Under the pieces are notes generated by a model. That model had not been told where the DNA came from and did not search any database. It saw only the letters and a list, made by a program, of their open reading frames with translations. Shown here one piece after another: positions 38,973 through 56,855 of a DNA stretch of 64,000 bases. The stretch's first letter is position 1, and every line of letters begins with the position of its first letter. Made by a program: the position numbers and the translations under genes. The DNA is from Paramecium tetraurelia (lineage: Eukaryota): assembly GCA_000165425.1 (NCBI GenBank), contig CT868008.1, positions 558,001 through 622,000 on the forward strand. The letters run 5' to 3'.

Positions 38973-41068
38973 TCAAAATATCAAACATGCACAACTTTCT
39001 TAAGTTCTTTCAACTTCCTTGCTTTTATTTGAAGATGAGATCTTTGGTTTTGCTGCATAGTTCTAACTTGCAACAATTTAGAAATGTAATTGAGATGATT
39101 GGGGATCAATTAGTGCTTTATATTATTCTTGAAAGTATTTCAATACTTAAATGGTATCATCTATTCCTATCATCCATTTTTAGCCAGATATATAGGATAA
39201 ATTAGGATTGCTCATTTATTCGAATTTGAGAATATTTTCAACATTGTCATTTAAAGATCTAATCTCTGAAACAGATTTAGTCATTTAAAATACAGCCATC
39301 TAGATTTCTACTTCCAATTATTATTCATTCTTTGTTTTATTAGCAAACACCTTTAATATCTATCCAATTTTTTAATCAGATAAAGAAGTTACCCCTAAAC
39401 TTAAATTTATCTCATTTATGACATTTTCTGATATCTTAATAGGTAGATACTCGATAAAGGTTTATGCAGTGTTATTAATTTGACTATTAAATTCAGATAT
39501 GCTCTTATTCTTAGAGAAGTAAGTAGACTTTTAAATATCCGATGATTTTGAAGTTGTGAAAGGTTTTGTAGCTGATACCTTTTTACTTGCTTTTCTTAAT
39601 TTATCCCTTATTATTTTAAGATGTGTATCTTAACCCTTACTTTGGACAATAAACGATGAAATTGTGCTCTATGTCTTCTAATGTTTTAGTTTTTTGTTTT
39701 CAAATAACATCCTGTCTAGTTCTACTGGAAGCAAAGATTTGAGAGATTGATTCACATCCTTTATACACTCTTATACTCTCTTGCTTCCACTAAATGAGTA
39801 CATTCTTTGAGCAACCTTAATGTAATTACTTAATCTCCAATATAATGATTAGAAGTAAACTCTGTTTTCAAGCGAAAGAAGCTAATGTTTAATTATGGAC
39901 TCCTCAGTATTTAATGATTCCTAAACTATTTATTCAATTTTCTCTTTATCTTTATAAGAGAATAAGGAACTCGCCTTCTCAAATTCTAAGTCGTAGTTCC
40001 AAAGATTTCGATATTCCATATCTAATCGAGCTTTGAAATCAGAAAATTTTTAATCAAACAAGTTTTCATTTGAGGCTAGTATAAATTGAAGTTCAGTTTT
40101 TGCTTCTTGTAGTGATTTCTCTATTTCCTCCATAATTTACAATTCTTGCCATTAAGGCTAGACATGTTTAATGATCTCTCTCAATTCATTGTATTTTTCA
40201 GGTTTGTTGGTTAATCTATATAATTTTGTTAAATTAAAGATAATCACTGGGTCATTTTTAGATATTTTTAATCCTTAATTTAAATTGTCTATAGCCTCAT
40301 TTATCTTATTGATTTTGCACAATGATACAGCTAAACCTACTATAATACAAATACCTCTATTGTTAAACCCATTAGTCAAAAGTGGATTGAGTCTAAGAGC
40401 TTTATTGTAATTGTCTATTGACTCTTCATATTTGGATAATTTAAATAAGGTGAATCCTAATTTATTATCTGGAAATTACCTTTACTGTAATAAGCTATAT
40501 GGCAATCTGGTTGCAATGATATTGCCAAATCATATAATTTAATACACTCTTCGTATCTAGATAATTCTAAACATAAAATTCCTTTATTAATTAAAGTTTC
40601 GTATTTAATTTTGAATTGTAATGACTTGTCAAAGTTGTTGACTGCATCTTCTTTTCTATTCATCTCGTTTAATATTAAGCCTTAAATCTACTACATTATG
40701 ATACCTATATTGTAGTAAACAAAATATTACTAGGTGTTTAGTTTGACACATTCCTCATAATTTTTCAAAGCCTCATCCAGATTCTTCTCTAATCGATATA
40801 TATTTCCTATATGATAATTTAGAACAAAATACCTCTTAAATAGTATGCATCCTCAAATTATGGATCAAGATGGATTGCCTAATTTATGTATTGCATAGCT
40901 TCTTCCAATCTGGATAACTGTATTAGTATTTAACCTTATAGAATATTTAAAAATGCATTACTTTGTTTGTAAAATTGTTTAGCACATTCTTTATCTGAGA
41001 TGTATTCTTTGGGACTTATCAAACCTAATAAATCCTATAATCAAGGTACCATCAACAAAAAGGTGCAT
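38973..41068 (-). CDS. TPR-repeat protein with C-terminal CaaX box
   Basis: Repeated TPRs (YEECIKLYDLAISLQPDCHIAYYSKG; YEESIDNYNKALRLNP) with many introns; ends ESCACLIF. Start codon is inferred. Confidence 0.8.
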
Positions 41069-42097
41069 AGAGGAATTGCTTTTTGACGTCAACATTGTAA
41101 ATTAAAATAAATACAATATATTGATCATATTCCAATGAAATAATCATCGTTTTGTAACTGCAGATCAAATAATTAAATATTTATAATCAGAAATAATGTA
41201 TATAAATTAATTATAAAAATCAACTAGCACTTTAAACAAACTAAAATATGAATATCAGTAACTAAAAAGTCATTCTTATTTCCATTTCATAATATAGAAA
41301 TTATACATAACCAACTAAATTTCCCTGATAATCCCTTGGATTAAATTAGGGACGTATCAAAATTTACATCGAACTTTCAAATGCTATTTATCATTCCCTT
41401 AGAATTAGAATCAGCTAAATAATATTTTATCAATATTCTTAAGATTGAAATTGAGTGGATGATTATTAATTGTCCAATTTATTAGTATTTTTGATAATTT
41501 TTAAGTTGAATAAAATTTTGCTTAAATATTAATAAATTAGAATTAATTTCTTAGTAAATATGAATTGAATAAATACAAAATAAAATGTTATAGTATAATC
41601 TGAAAAGGCGATAAATCAAAAAAATACTTTCGATTAATACATGTTTTTGAATAGAGTTAATAAAGGTAATATAAATTATTATTAAAACTTATGATTGCTT
41701 TTGTGATGAAAGAATGTCTATAAATTTTATTCTCAACTTAAAGTGATTAAAGTAATATGTATGTATGTAACTATTGTAATTGAAACATTTTTAAATCAAA
41801 ATCTTTATTGACCTGAATAATTGATTTAATATTATTTTTTGCTCAGATACTTCTTAGATGCACATTTTTAATATGTGCATATAAGTACAAGGAATATAAA
41901 CTATTAATAAGAATTATTTTCTTTATTATTCTGCTTAAAAGGCTAGGATCAGTTAATAAATTTCATAACAATATCGCCTGTATGAACTGAGGATTTAGTC
42001 TTCATTCATAACTTGGATTATTTTTAGCTTAGATTGTAAAAACTGAGAATTTGAAAATTCATTATTTATATATTAAATTTGAAATTAACAGTCAATT

Positions 42098-42769
42098 ATG
42101 TCTAAAAAGGTCAAATAATTGACAGAAGTCATAGCATTACAAGAAAAAACAATTGGAAAGCTTTAGAAAATAATAGAAACAAAGAAATCTAAATAAATTG
42201 GAAGTAGAAAGAATCAAAGCATTAATTTAGATTAAAAATATTTAGTTGGGTATTTCACCTGAATTTATTGTCAGTGCAAATGCAAAACCTCCACGACTTG
42301 ATTTTAATGAAACGAATAAATCATATAGATGCCGCCCTTCAATTTCTCAGACCCATAATTAGTTGAGCTATATTTCAACAGATTACCTTCAAGATATTTA
42401 ATCTCTTCGTAATAAAGTTGAGGGACTTCAAAAGGAAAAATAAGATAGATCTCTATTCTTTCATGATAAAGAAAATCAAGACTACAATAATAATTCATCA
42501 AAAATAGAGATTTTATAAAATTAGATTAAGGATAGAGAATCTACTATAAATGCATTATAAGAGGAGCTCGATTAGGAAAAGTAAATAAGAGTATAAGTAA
42601 AAATTTGATTAAACAACCTTTATAGACTCAATAGGATTTATAATAGTAAAGAACAATTTGGAATAAAATGTATTCAGAATTATAAAATGAAATAAAAACT
42701 TTAAAAACAGAACTTAGAGCATTCTCTTCTTAACCTAAAAAAAGATCAAATTAATTATTTTTTTCATGA
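42098..42769 (+). CDS. Coiled-coil hypothetical protein
   Basis: MSKKVKQLTEVIALQEKTIGKLQ..., heptad-rich, with tiny introns. Confidence 0.55.
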
Positions 42770-43292
42770 TATATTTAAATTAATGAATCAAAAGTATAAA
42801 GATAGTCCTCAATAATTGCTAAGACAGTTTATTAATACTCAATAGAACTGCCAAAAATCAAAAGATCAATTTCTATCCTCTTTTTGAAAGTCTCAGGCGT
42901 TCACTTTTTATTTTTAAACAATAAGTATTAAATTTTACTTAATTTATTTTATCGAAAACTTCAAAATTATTAATAACTAAGTAAAATTTATGACAATGTT
43001 TAAACTAAGTTGATGTTCATTTGCTATTCATTATATTCATAATAAAATTTATTTTTATTTAAGGAGCAAAACAACAATTCAAGAATTCAAGATATTATTG
43101 ATGTTTAAAATTCAATAAAATCAATTGAATCTATATTGATAAATTCAAGTGTCAATTAACTTAATAGCAAGAAAAAAGAAAGTAAATATTTAAATATGAC
43201 AATTATAATGAGAATTTCTAATTGATTTTCATAATTTTTGTTTATATCTTTATTGGAAATAAATATTAGATAAATTATTAATAAACTTAAAT

Positions 43293-44118
43293 ATGGACGC
43301 CACAGGTGATATCCCTCCATGGAAATTTATATATTTAGAGGTTTCAATGCTCCTCCCCTCAGTAGTAACAGGTGTACTTTTTTGGAAATATGGATATCCT
43401 ATGATAGCATTATTAACGATTTTACTATTCTGCTATCTTATTGTGCCAGGATTGTTATTATAGTAATTCTTTATAATTACAAATTAGTCTTGACAAAGTT
43501 TCTACTCATGTTACAAGATTATCATCAAGCTTTGCCAACATTGCCTTGGAAAAAAGTGAATAAATAAAAAAGGGATTGATTTGGTTTGTTGCTTGTTTAG
43601 CAATTTCCTTTTTAGCATTCTTCATTTCCCTCAGCTATGTTCCCTTTTGGTCTTTTCATACCATCAACTTCTTCTACATGGCCAATACAGAAATTATAGT
43701 GGTAGTCAATACAAATATAATTAGATCTCCGTGTTAATGTTGTTGTTGGATCCATTTTTAGAGGAATTCTTTTGGAGAGTCTTCTTACAGAGTGGTTTTG
43801 CAGGCGGGTTAACATACTCAAACCCTAAAGAATGGATCATCTGGATAGTTGCCATCCATTATGGATTACTTTACGTCTTTATTTTTGCAGTTGTCACAAG
43901 GTACTATTAATTTATATTTACTTAGTAAATTCTTGTATGCATTATTCTGTGCTATACCATTCGTAATTTTCAGTAGGAAATTTGCATTTATTCGTGATTA
44001 GGGTGTTTTAACAGCCATTTTAGCACATACTGGATTTAACCTTGGATTTGTAATTGTTTTAAATTTATGGTATTGGAATAATTGGGAAGTTCATGGATGG
44101 AAGCCATATGAATTTTGA
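43293..44118 (+). CDS. CPBP-family (type II CAAX protease / Abi) intramembrane protease
   Basis: Multiple TM helices; DPFLEEFFWRVFLQ (EExxxR) and AILAHTGFN (HxxxN); three introns. Confidence 0.82.
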
Positions 44119-44866
44119 AATATAATAAAAAAGTTCATATAATAGATAATCAGTCTTTGATATTAGATAATTCTGCTCATTCTCTATCTGCATTCATTGA
44201 TTCCTACTCCATAAGACTATTATGTATGCCTAAGGCAGTAGAGTTAGCCGATGATTTAAGAATGTTGATAATCTCCAATAATTATGAATCAAATTCTTTC
44301 ATTTCAAAATTTTATTTATTTCATATAAAGATCACAAACGATGTTGCCAACAACTTGGGTAGTAAGAATGTAATTTTAATAATAAAGGTCACATAGTCAT
44401 ATGTAAAGAAATAATAATAATATTATGGTATTAAGTTTAATTAACTTGCTATATCATTTAACAAGCTATACTCATAAAGTTCCTTATATTTTTAAAAGTA
44501 TTTTCTCTTAGAGTTTGATTGTTTGAGATTCAACTTTTCATCACAAAATATTTTTAATTAAAAATTGAATCACTTAAAATTCACTTAAACAGAGGATAAG
44601 AAATCAATTTTCAATTAAGTAATCTGAGATCATGTTCATAATGATTAAATTATTTTACTAATTGCAGTTCTATTTTTGTTTTGTTACTTACATTAATTAA
44701 CTAAATATAGTTATAAGATATTTGAATTATTAAGAGTTATTTTAAGGAATAATAACTACTATGAATGAATGAAGAAATATATTTATATCAGATTTTCAGG
44801 ATATGATAATGATGAAACTACTACATATGTAAATAATTAATGAATATAACTAAATACTATTATCAG

Positions 44867-45817
44867 TCATTTAATTGATCTTTCTGATATCCAATCTACA
44901 ATTTTAGGTATGATTTCAAGTATTTCCTACTCCTAAACACAATCATGCCACATGTTCTCATAATGGATCAATTATTTATCTTGAGAAGGACTTTATTTCA
45001 TAAGTTCATGTCCCACATCAGGATCTACAATTTAATCCATTCCTCCTGAGATCACTAAAAATGGTTTTTTATATTAAGTAAAAGTTCTTGGAAGTGATCT
45101 CATTGTTGATACAAGTACTCTACCTGTTCCTGGTAACACTGCTACCTAAGTACAATATGGATCCTTTAAGTTCTCTTCTAAGATTTATGGATTTCTTGAT
45201 CCTGTCACTACAACAGGTGGAAATGGATTCCAGGTTGGAAAGCAAGCACCAAAACACAATCCTAATTTCTTCATAAATGGTTAATTATAATAATTATCCA
45301 ATATTGCAGGTGAAATCAACACAGTTCCTTCACAAATATCATTTAATCCCATCAAATACGATGCCATTCCACCCATAGACTAACCAAGAGTAAATAAAGG
45401 TAGTCTTGGATACATAGTTCTAATTTGTATTATGAATCTTGAACAATCACTTTCTAATTATTCTCTAGATTCCAACCATCCTCTCAGACCTTAACTTTTG
45501 CCAAATCCTCTGAAATCAAATCCAACAACAATGCTATTTGCCTCTTTACTGATAGCCTAAGCAATATGAGCATATAATCCAAGATGTTCATTAAGACCAT
45601 GAAAAAAAACAGTTACAGATTTTGGGTCAGATAAAGTTGTTTTACATCTGTAAGTGTGAAGTTTAATTTGTTGACCTTTTTGAACTCCGTTAAATTCTAA
45701 GAAACCCTCTTCATCCCACTTGTTCCCTCCTAATGGACTTGGTTTTCTGTATTTTTCTTCTGGAACTGCTTGTTAAATGGCTTCATTTTTTCTATCCTTA
45801 TCAGATTTTCTAAACAT
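44867..45817 (-). CDS. Monoglyceride lipase / Hydrolase_4 alpha/beta hydrolase (copy 2)
   Basis: FFHGLNEHLGLYAHIAQA, GQSMGG, GGMDQIV, NMWHD; intronless, 317 codons; paralogue of 35832-36785. Confidence 0.92.
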
Positions 45818-45970
45818 TTTTTGTTTAATTAAATATTTTGATAAATTTTTAGTAATCAATTCAATACAAGATAACATTTGTGTCAGATATGACCAGAATG
45901 ATTTATACTATAGAGTTTTAAGCATATCTTAAATTACTTAATATAAATATTCATCAAATATAACAATTAA

Positions 45971-49955
<3,985 letters not shown>

Positions 49956-50377
49956 TTTTATTAATAAAAAATAAAAATATGGATCTCTAATTGAATAACA
50001 TTATGGAATATGGATAAAGAGATTAATAAAAATTTGTAAAATATTCTTATTGTCGTCATCGATTTTTTTAATACACCTCATCTAAACAAATTAAATATTG
50101 AAACCCAAAAAACCAATAAATTCTCGTAATCTATGATTTTTCTTCTTTAATACTGATCATTATACTTAATTGAACTAACGGATGCATCATGTAAATTAGA
50201 ATTAGAACTTTTCTAATGAGTCACAAGTGCAATCCGTAATTGAATTCTGTTTATAAGGATTTTCATGAAAATCACTTGGATATGTGGAACTGGATGAAAA
50301 TATAAATATATGTTGTTTGAATAATGTTAGTATAGATAGTTTTCTGATTCTGAAAAAATCTTATTAAAATTAAAAAA

Positions 50378-53300
50378 ATGCTTTGTGGAATTATCTCATT
50401 GTTTTTGCTAATCGAATCTTCTTATCAATGGTGTGGTATGTTATTGGTCAATTGTAGAGACTGTACAGTAGAATGTTACATATTATACCACAAAAGGCGA
50501 GCAGTTTAGATGGAGAGTGGACTCATTAATCGCAGGCAACGGGCTCGATTTCTATTTGATACCAAACTCAACCATTATGAGATATCACCCTGCCTTCGAT
50601 TAAATATCAGATGAAGAAACTCATTTTGGAAGTACGATCCATCCATTAGCATAATAGCTCTAATTTAGACAGGTGCCATTAGAGCCTACGACATAGCAAG
50701 TTCCGGAGCTTGGACAAACTCATTCGCATTTTTGGAATTGGACGACAAAAAAAACATATACGACTTATATTATTTTGAAGGGTAACATATTAGATTTTAA
50801 TCTATGTAGAAATGCCTTGCAAATGGCAAAGACCCCTCAATTTTAAAAAAAGATTCCATTGACTGAGAGCAACGCAGTTATAGATTGTTTTGATCTTGAA
50901 TATATCAATCGTGACTTATTCGTAGTCGATTGTGCTGAAAGGAATTCTGCTACTCCAACATAACCAATGAAAAATTATCTCTATGTTGTGGACAAATTAG
51001 ACACTGCTATTACTGCTGCCAGTAAAAGAGTCGAAGTGTCCAATCACAAATAATATAAATAAGTGAAAGGAAGGAAAATATAATACCATGTTTATTATAA
51101 AAAGGGAACTGGAGAAGAACTTGGAGTTGAAGTTGATGTTGACCGTCCACAACCTCCCAGTCCCATCAGAATGTTATTAAGAGGATAATAGGCCTTCAAT
51201 TCTGAAACAGGTAATACCACAGTGTTAGATCACGATTGCTTTATTGATATTGTAATTAGATTTGATAATCAAACATTTTAAGAGGCTGGCATATTAGACA
51301 AAGCAAAAATTAGTGCAGACACTAAACAGACTGTTAATTTCACTTTAATCGATTTCAAAGTGTTGCCCAATGGTGATGTCTATATTTTGGATGCCGATCA
51401 TGGAATATATGTCTATAAAGTGACAGAGGAAGGACAATGGGTTTATGCTAAAACAATCCAGACTCTTAACTAAAAAGCTTATGGTTTTGATGTTGTTGAT
51501 ATGTTGAATGACGATGGGTTTTCAGAATTAGCCATAGCTGTTTTGTATGAATCCAATTTGTTAATTACTGTGGCATCAGTGTAAAAGAATGGATACAATT
51601 TACCATTCAAAGCATCCTTACCAGCTTCAGTTTCATTCAGTGATAAGTATGTGGTTGTGGTGCATTCATAAAAATTATACCTGTATAATATGATATTTCC
51701 ATATTTGCTTCACTCAGAAACCTTGATATCTTCAACCCTTTTGGTCAATCCTTTCGCTCCTGATGTCATTGTAGTTTCTCCAACCTTAACTAGAAGGTAT
51801 GAATTGAGTGATGGGTATTTGGCATCAGAGAATTCAGTGCAAATTGAGAAATCAACATTGACTTTGTATGGAACTGATGGAAATAAAATATGCAGTAGTA
51901 AAATTAATTACTAAGTGTTGGCTGCTGATGATGCCAATATTTATGATTTGGGTCATGATCCCTTCCCGAGTATGATCACATACCCAGCTGAACCATTCTT
52001 ATTATAAGATATAGCATCTGGACCAAATCTTTAATATGTCACCCCAGATTTTAGTTAGGACCATGTTGAAGTCCAAGTGCATTTTCTATGGGAAATCGAA
52101 CTCAAGAATGTCAGTTTGTTCGATGCTAAAGATGTTGCATATGCAGATGTCTTAGTTGATCCTCATCATCATAACAACAATAAGTTTTATCTATTTTTAC
52201 AACATAAAAATAAAACTGTCATTATTTGGGATTGTTAATCACATAATTACCATGATAATCATACTAACTGTGAGAAGTAGGATCAATTTGATTTACCTGT
52301 ACAATTAAGTAGAACCAACTCCTAATTTGATTGGAAAACATTCGAATAGGAAGTAGTGACTTTCTAATTCTAAGTCAGTGATTATGAAATCGTATTTTAT
52401 AGTAATTTTGATGGCGATCATTAGAAAATAGGTAACATCACTTACGAGGCTTCACCAGAATATAAGATTACTTCATTCACAGCTTTAAAGTAAACCATTT
52501 ATGTTGTTTAACATGCTTAAAAAGAAGTTGATATCATTTTTTCAGTATCTCCATCTCTAGTTAAATATCCAATTTATTCTAATATGATTGATGAATATTA
52601 AACAGGTTGTTCTTGGACTCCAAAAAGAGTATTTGGAAATTCATATACTAAAAGCGACTTCATATTTGTTTTGACTGATGATTGTGTGATAGTTGGGGAA
52701 TTAAGAACTCATTTTGTCTTATTAAAGGCTATCGCTATTGAACCTGAAGCTGAAATTGAAGTTGCAGTAGGTGAAAAGACCTTCTATATCATTTCCAAGG
52801 GAAGAAAAGATACCATCGAAGAATTCAACTATGAAAACCTTAATGATATTTACCCAATGAAGGCAATGCCATTGTATGGAAGATATTCATTGTAATCTCC
52901 ACTCACAATAGATTTTGTTTACGAAACTGGATTCTTATTTGTGAGAGCCTATGATTCTGTTGAGAAAGAGACAGTAATTTTAATCTATGAATCCAATGTC
53001 TTGTATAGAAACTCATTACATAAGGTATTAAAAACACATGAATTGATACCTGATAAATAAGTGTTAGAGACTGCTGCCTCTGGATAAGATCAAATGTTTG
53101 TTTACTTTAATGATTTAAAAACTCAAAGAGTTATAGTATGCCTGAGGGATTCATTGATGGAATTGGTGCCAGCTCAAATGAGTGATGCTTACACAACATC
53201 AATGAAAGCAGCTGTAGGTATTACTAATACATTGTCAGATTCATAAACAAGTGTAATATATCCAGTTAAATTTATTAACACTCAATCTATTGTTAGAATT

Positions 53301-54979
53301 AACATTACTCTTTTGGCCAAAACAGTATTCCATTTCAATTCCACTGAGAATGCTTAATATTTGAATTTCACTAATGATGGATTGTATTTTGGTCATGTTA
53401 CAAAATTCTAGATCACTTGCAAATAATGTGATGGTAAACTCATCAGTATCCTCAACCCTCTTACTAAAAATAGTGAAGGAACCTAATTTGCTAATTATGA
53501 AATTATTGCTGGTGCTGCATTCAAAGATTCAGTTGTTTATTTGGCAGATCCTAAATCATTGGTATTTTAAAATAGTGATGATGACACTGTTAAATTTGTC
53601 CATAAGATAGAACCAGGCACTCATTGCACTCAACTAACAACTTACAATGATTATATATTAGTAACTTGCATTAACAACGCAGATACCCTATTATACATCG
53701 TTAGTTGTGATATTGCAAAATCAACATGCACACCTATTTAATCAGACACTCCTAATATTGGAATGTTCACTATAGTATCCAAAGTTTTGTATTTAAATTC
53801 GTACCTTTACATTTTGGATGCTGATCAAGATCATCCACTTACTAATAGAGGAGTTCTGTATGTTTATTAATTGACTGTAGATTAAAAGTGGACTGCTAAG
53901 AATCAAAAAGTATTTGATTATAAATACTTCAATCTGCCAACTGTTAATGACTACTATATCACTGATTTTGATGTAGTTTAATTCCAATAAGGAAATACCT
54001 TCTATTAGAAGATTATGATTTAAACTGCAATTGGATAGATCTACTTTGTTTAAATATACAATGATGGGGGTTTGATAAAAGATAACCATAAGTAAGTCTC
54101 TAATCTAGCTTCATTTTTGAACAAAGATTACGCAGTCAAAGAAGATACAATGTTCTATTAAATAAAGTTATATAAAAGTGCTACAAATTAGAATACCTTC
54201 GATGCAACTGTTATAACCACTACTAACAATGTTGCTCAATATGCCATTACATTTTCATTTGATATCAGCGATCCTCTTAGCAAGGGTTCACCATTAAAAG
54301 ATACCAGTGTTCCATTTTTATTGAATCATTATGGAACTATGAAGACCTTGAATAAATTTGCTATTGGATAAGGCCATGCTGCTGTCCCTTATTATAATTC
54401 ATCTCATATAATGATTAGCATGTATTAATTGCCAGAAACAACAGCCTTAGGCGCTGATTCAAAGGCTAAAATGTTGACAATCTCTGGAGCAGAAATTATT
54501 AGGCATATTGCTTCCAACACTTAATTCGCTCTTGTTATCCAAAAACCTACTAATTAAACTGAGGTATCCAATATTTCTAATATAAAAGCCCTCTATTTAT
54601 ACAAACATAGAAGAAGATGCCAAATCCAATAATTATGTTGTCAAGAAATATACTATTCATGATGTTCCTAAAATTAAAATAGTTTCTGGAGACAAAGTAC
54701 AATCTTAGATGATTGAATTGTAAATTGAAAATGATTACAGTTCTGCACTAGGAGTCTTTGAAATTATTAATAATAATAATCCTCCTCCTCCTGATGATGG
54801 TGATGGCGGAAGGTACTCTTTTATTATTATACTTTAGTTCCCTCGTTTGGCTTTGGGTAATCTTAGGAATTTTAGGTGGACTTGCTTTATTGGGGGGAGC
54901 CTTTTTTGTTTATAATAAGTTCTTTAGGAAGAATCCATAAGTGCCTTCGAGTGCAAAGGTATCGTTAATGAACTAATGA
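50378..54979 (+). CDS. Large (~1,480 aa) single-pass type I membrane protein of unknown function
   Basis: Signal peptide MLCGIISLFLLIESSYQ; long beta-rich ectodomain; NNNNPPPPDDGDGG linker; TM WLWVILGILGGLALLGGAFFVY; short tail ending KVSLMNQ. Confidence 0.8.
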
Positions 54980-55299
54980 TATATTAAATAAGTTCATTTA
55001 GTTATTTTATATTAAATTTTAATCTATTCTCCCTTGCAGCTAAATCTTATCCTTCAGGTAAGTTTACTGCATAAATAAGTTTGGATTAAGCTAATGAAAA
55101 TAAAATAAATCCAAAAATGTCTTAATTAGAAATCTACATTCTAATTAGTTATTGGAGAATATATTAGAAAAAAGAAATAAAAAGGTTATTAATAAATTGA
55201 ATAACTATTAAATTACTCTCACATAATTGGATATTATTAGGATCCTAGGAAATATATTAATCTAACTCTTAACTTAATAATATCAAAACATATATGTTG

Positions 55300-56034
55300 T
55301 CATTTCTTGTCAGGTAATTTTCTTTATCCAGTAAGTATTTTTTCTAGATCCCCAGAGACTTTATTTTTTATATCTGTTTTTAATTAGGTTATAATTTCTG
55401 TGTGTGTTTCTTTAGTTTACTCTCTTTTTAATTAATCCTACTGCTTTGTGTCACATAGTTTCTACTCTAGATTTTCTACTTATCTTTGGAGTTCCGAGCA
55501 TTCTTATTCGAGTTACTTAATCCTCTATCTGTATTCAGCCTACATATTGTGTTTGTTTCATACCTTCTTTTCTTCTTCAGATAAAAACTTTCTCATTCCA
55601 AAAGCAATACTTGAGGCATACAAAGTTTAATATGTCTATATAACCATCCGAACTTCATTGCGTACCGTCACTAGTAACATACCTCTTTCAGCACAATTTA
55701 TTGTGATTTATCGTATTAATTCATCAAAACATTATGAATATAACTCCTCCCTAATTGGACATAAGCCAGTCTCCCTTGCAAGCCGTTATTATAACCACTT
55801 ATCCAATTTGTCTTGTAATTCCAGCACATCCTATTTAGTTGAAGGTGCAGGAGAAACACATTAAATTTGCAATTAATTTTTCTAATGATTAAATTCTCTA
55901 GGAAGCAGAATTGCATTCAAAATGTCTTCAGTATTACTTGGAGGGGATTATTTGATTTGTTTCTTTTAGCTGTTAGATATTAGAATTGGATTACTATATT
56001 TAACAAGACTTGGAGCTGGTAATATGTCGTTCAT
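55300..56034 (-). CDS. DNALI1: Axonemal inner-arm dynein light chain p28
   Basis: TEDILNAILLPRE, ARETGLCPIREELYSQCFDELIRQITINCAERGMLL, YQTLYASSIAFGMRK. Confidence 0.93.
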
Positions 56035-56855
56035 TATTTATAATAATAATCAAAGTAATCAATCACTTCCTCATTGAAATCAAACAAAAATAAAAATTAT
56101 TGAAATTATAATCTATCAATAATCCTATAAATTCTGTATAATAATGATTGATTATAAGCATTTTCTTTGAGGATATCACCCCTCTAAGCAAGATGCTTAA
56201 TTTTAATTCACTATGTAATCAGCATTTATATCAATCACCCAAGTAATTATCTATGTTAGTGTAGACAGCAATTCTTTTAGAACATAAGGATTACACACTA
56301 GAGTGACAATTTTAATTTTGATATTATAGAATTATCTTTTTCTACAAAGCAATTTAAAGTATTGTTTAAATATTTTTACATTCTAGAATTAATATTGATT
56401 ACTATTAATTTTATGTTGGAGTGTAATAAAATTAACAAAATTATTACATTTGATTTCGTATATTAAAAATCAACATTAAGAATTGAGATGGAATCATTTC
56501 GTTAGTTAAAATATAATGTATAATAATACCAATTTAAATCAATAATCTTCTTTCTGCTCTAAGGAGCATAGCATTTAATTCATTTTGTAAAGACAAATAA
56601 ATGAATGCTTTTCAAACTCTTGAGTTTCTAAAATTTGTGTTTGAAATATGAGTTTGCTTTTTCAGAGCATTTTCTCTTTGATAATTCAATAAAGGCTACT
56701 TGCTTATTGTTTGATACTCATTTATTCAAGTTGAGAAACCAAAATTCAATGGTATGAGAATGAAATAAGCCCCTTTGAAATGGCATAATATCTTTTGTAA
56801 ATCTAAATATCAAATCTGTGTTTTATTCTTAGAGATATATTTAAATATCAGAAAA

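Noticed and set aside
38973..44118. Functional pairing of the CaaX protein with the nearby CPBP protease
   Set aside because: They are not adjacent and there is no evidence of co-regulation; CaaX tails are common.
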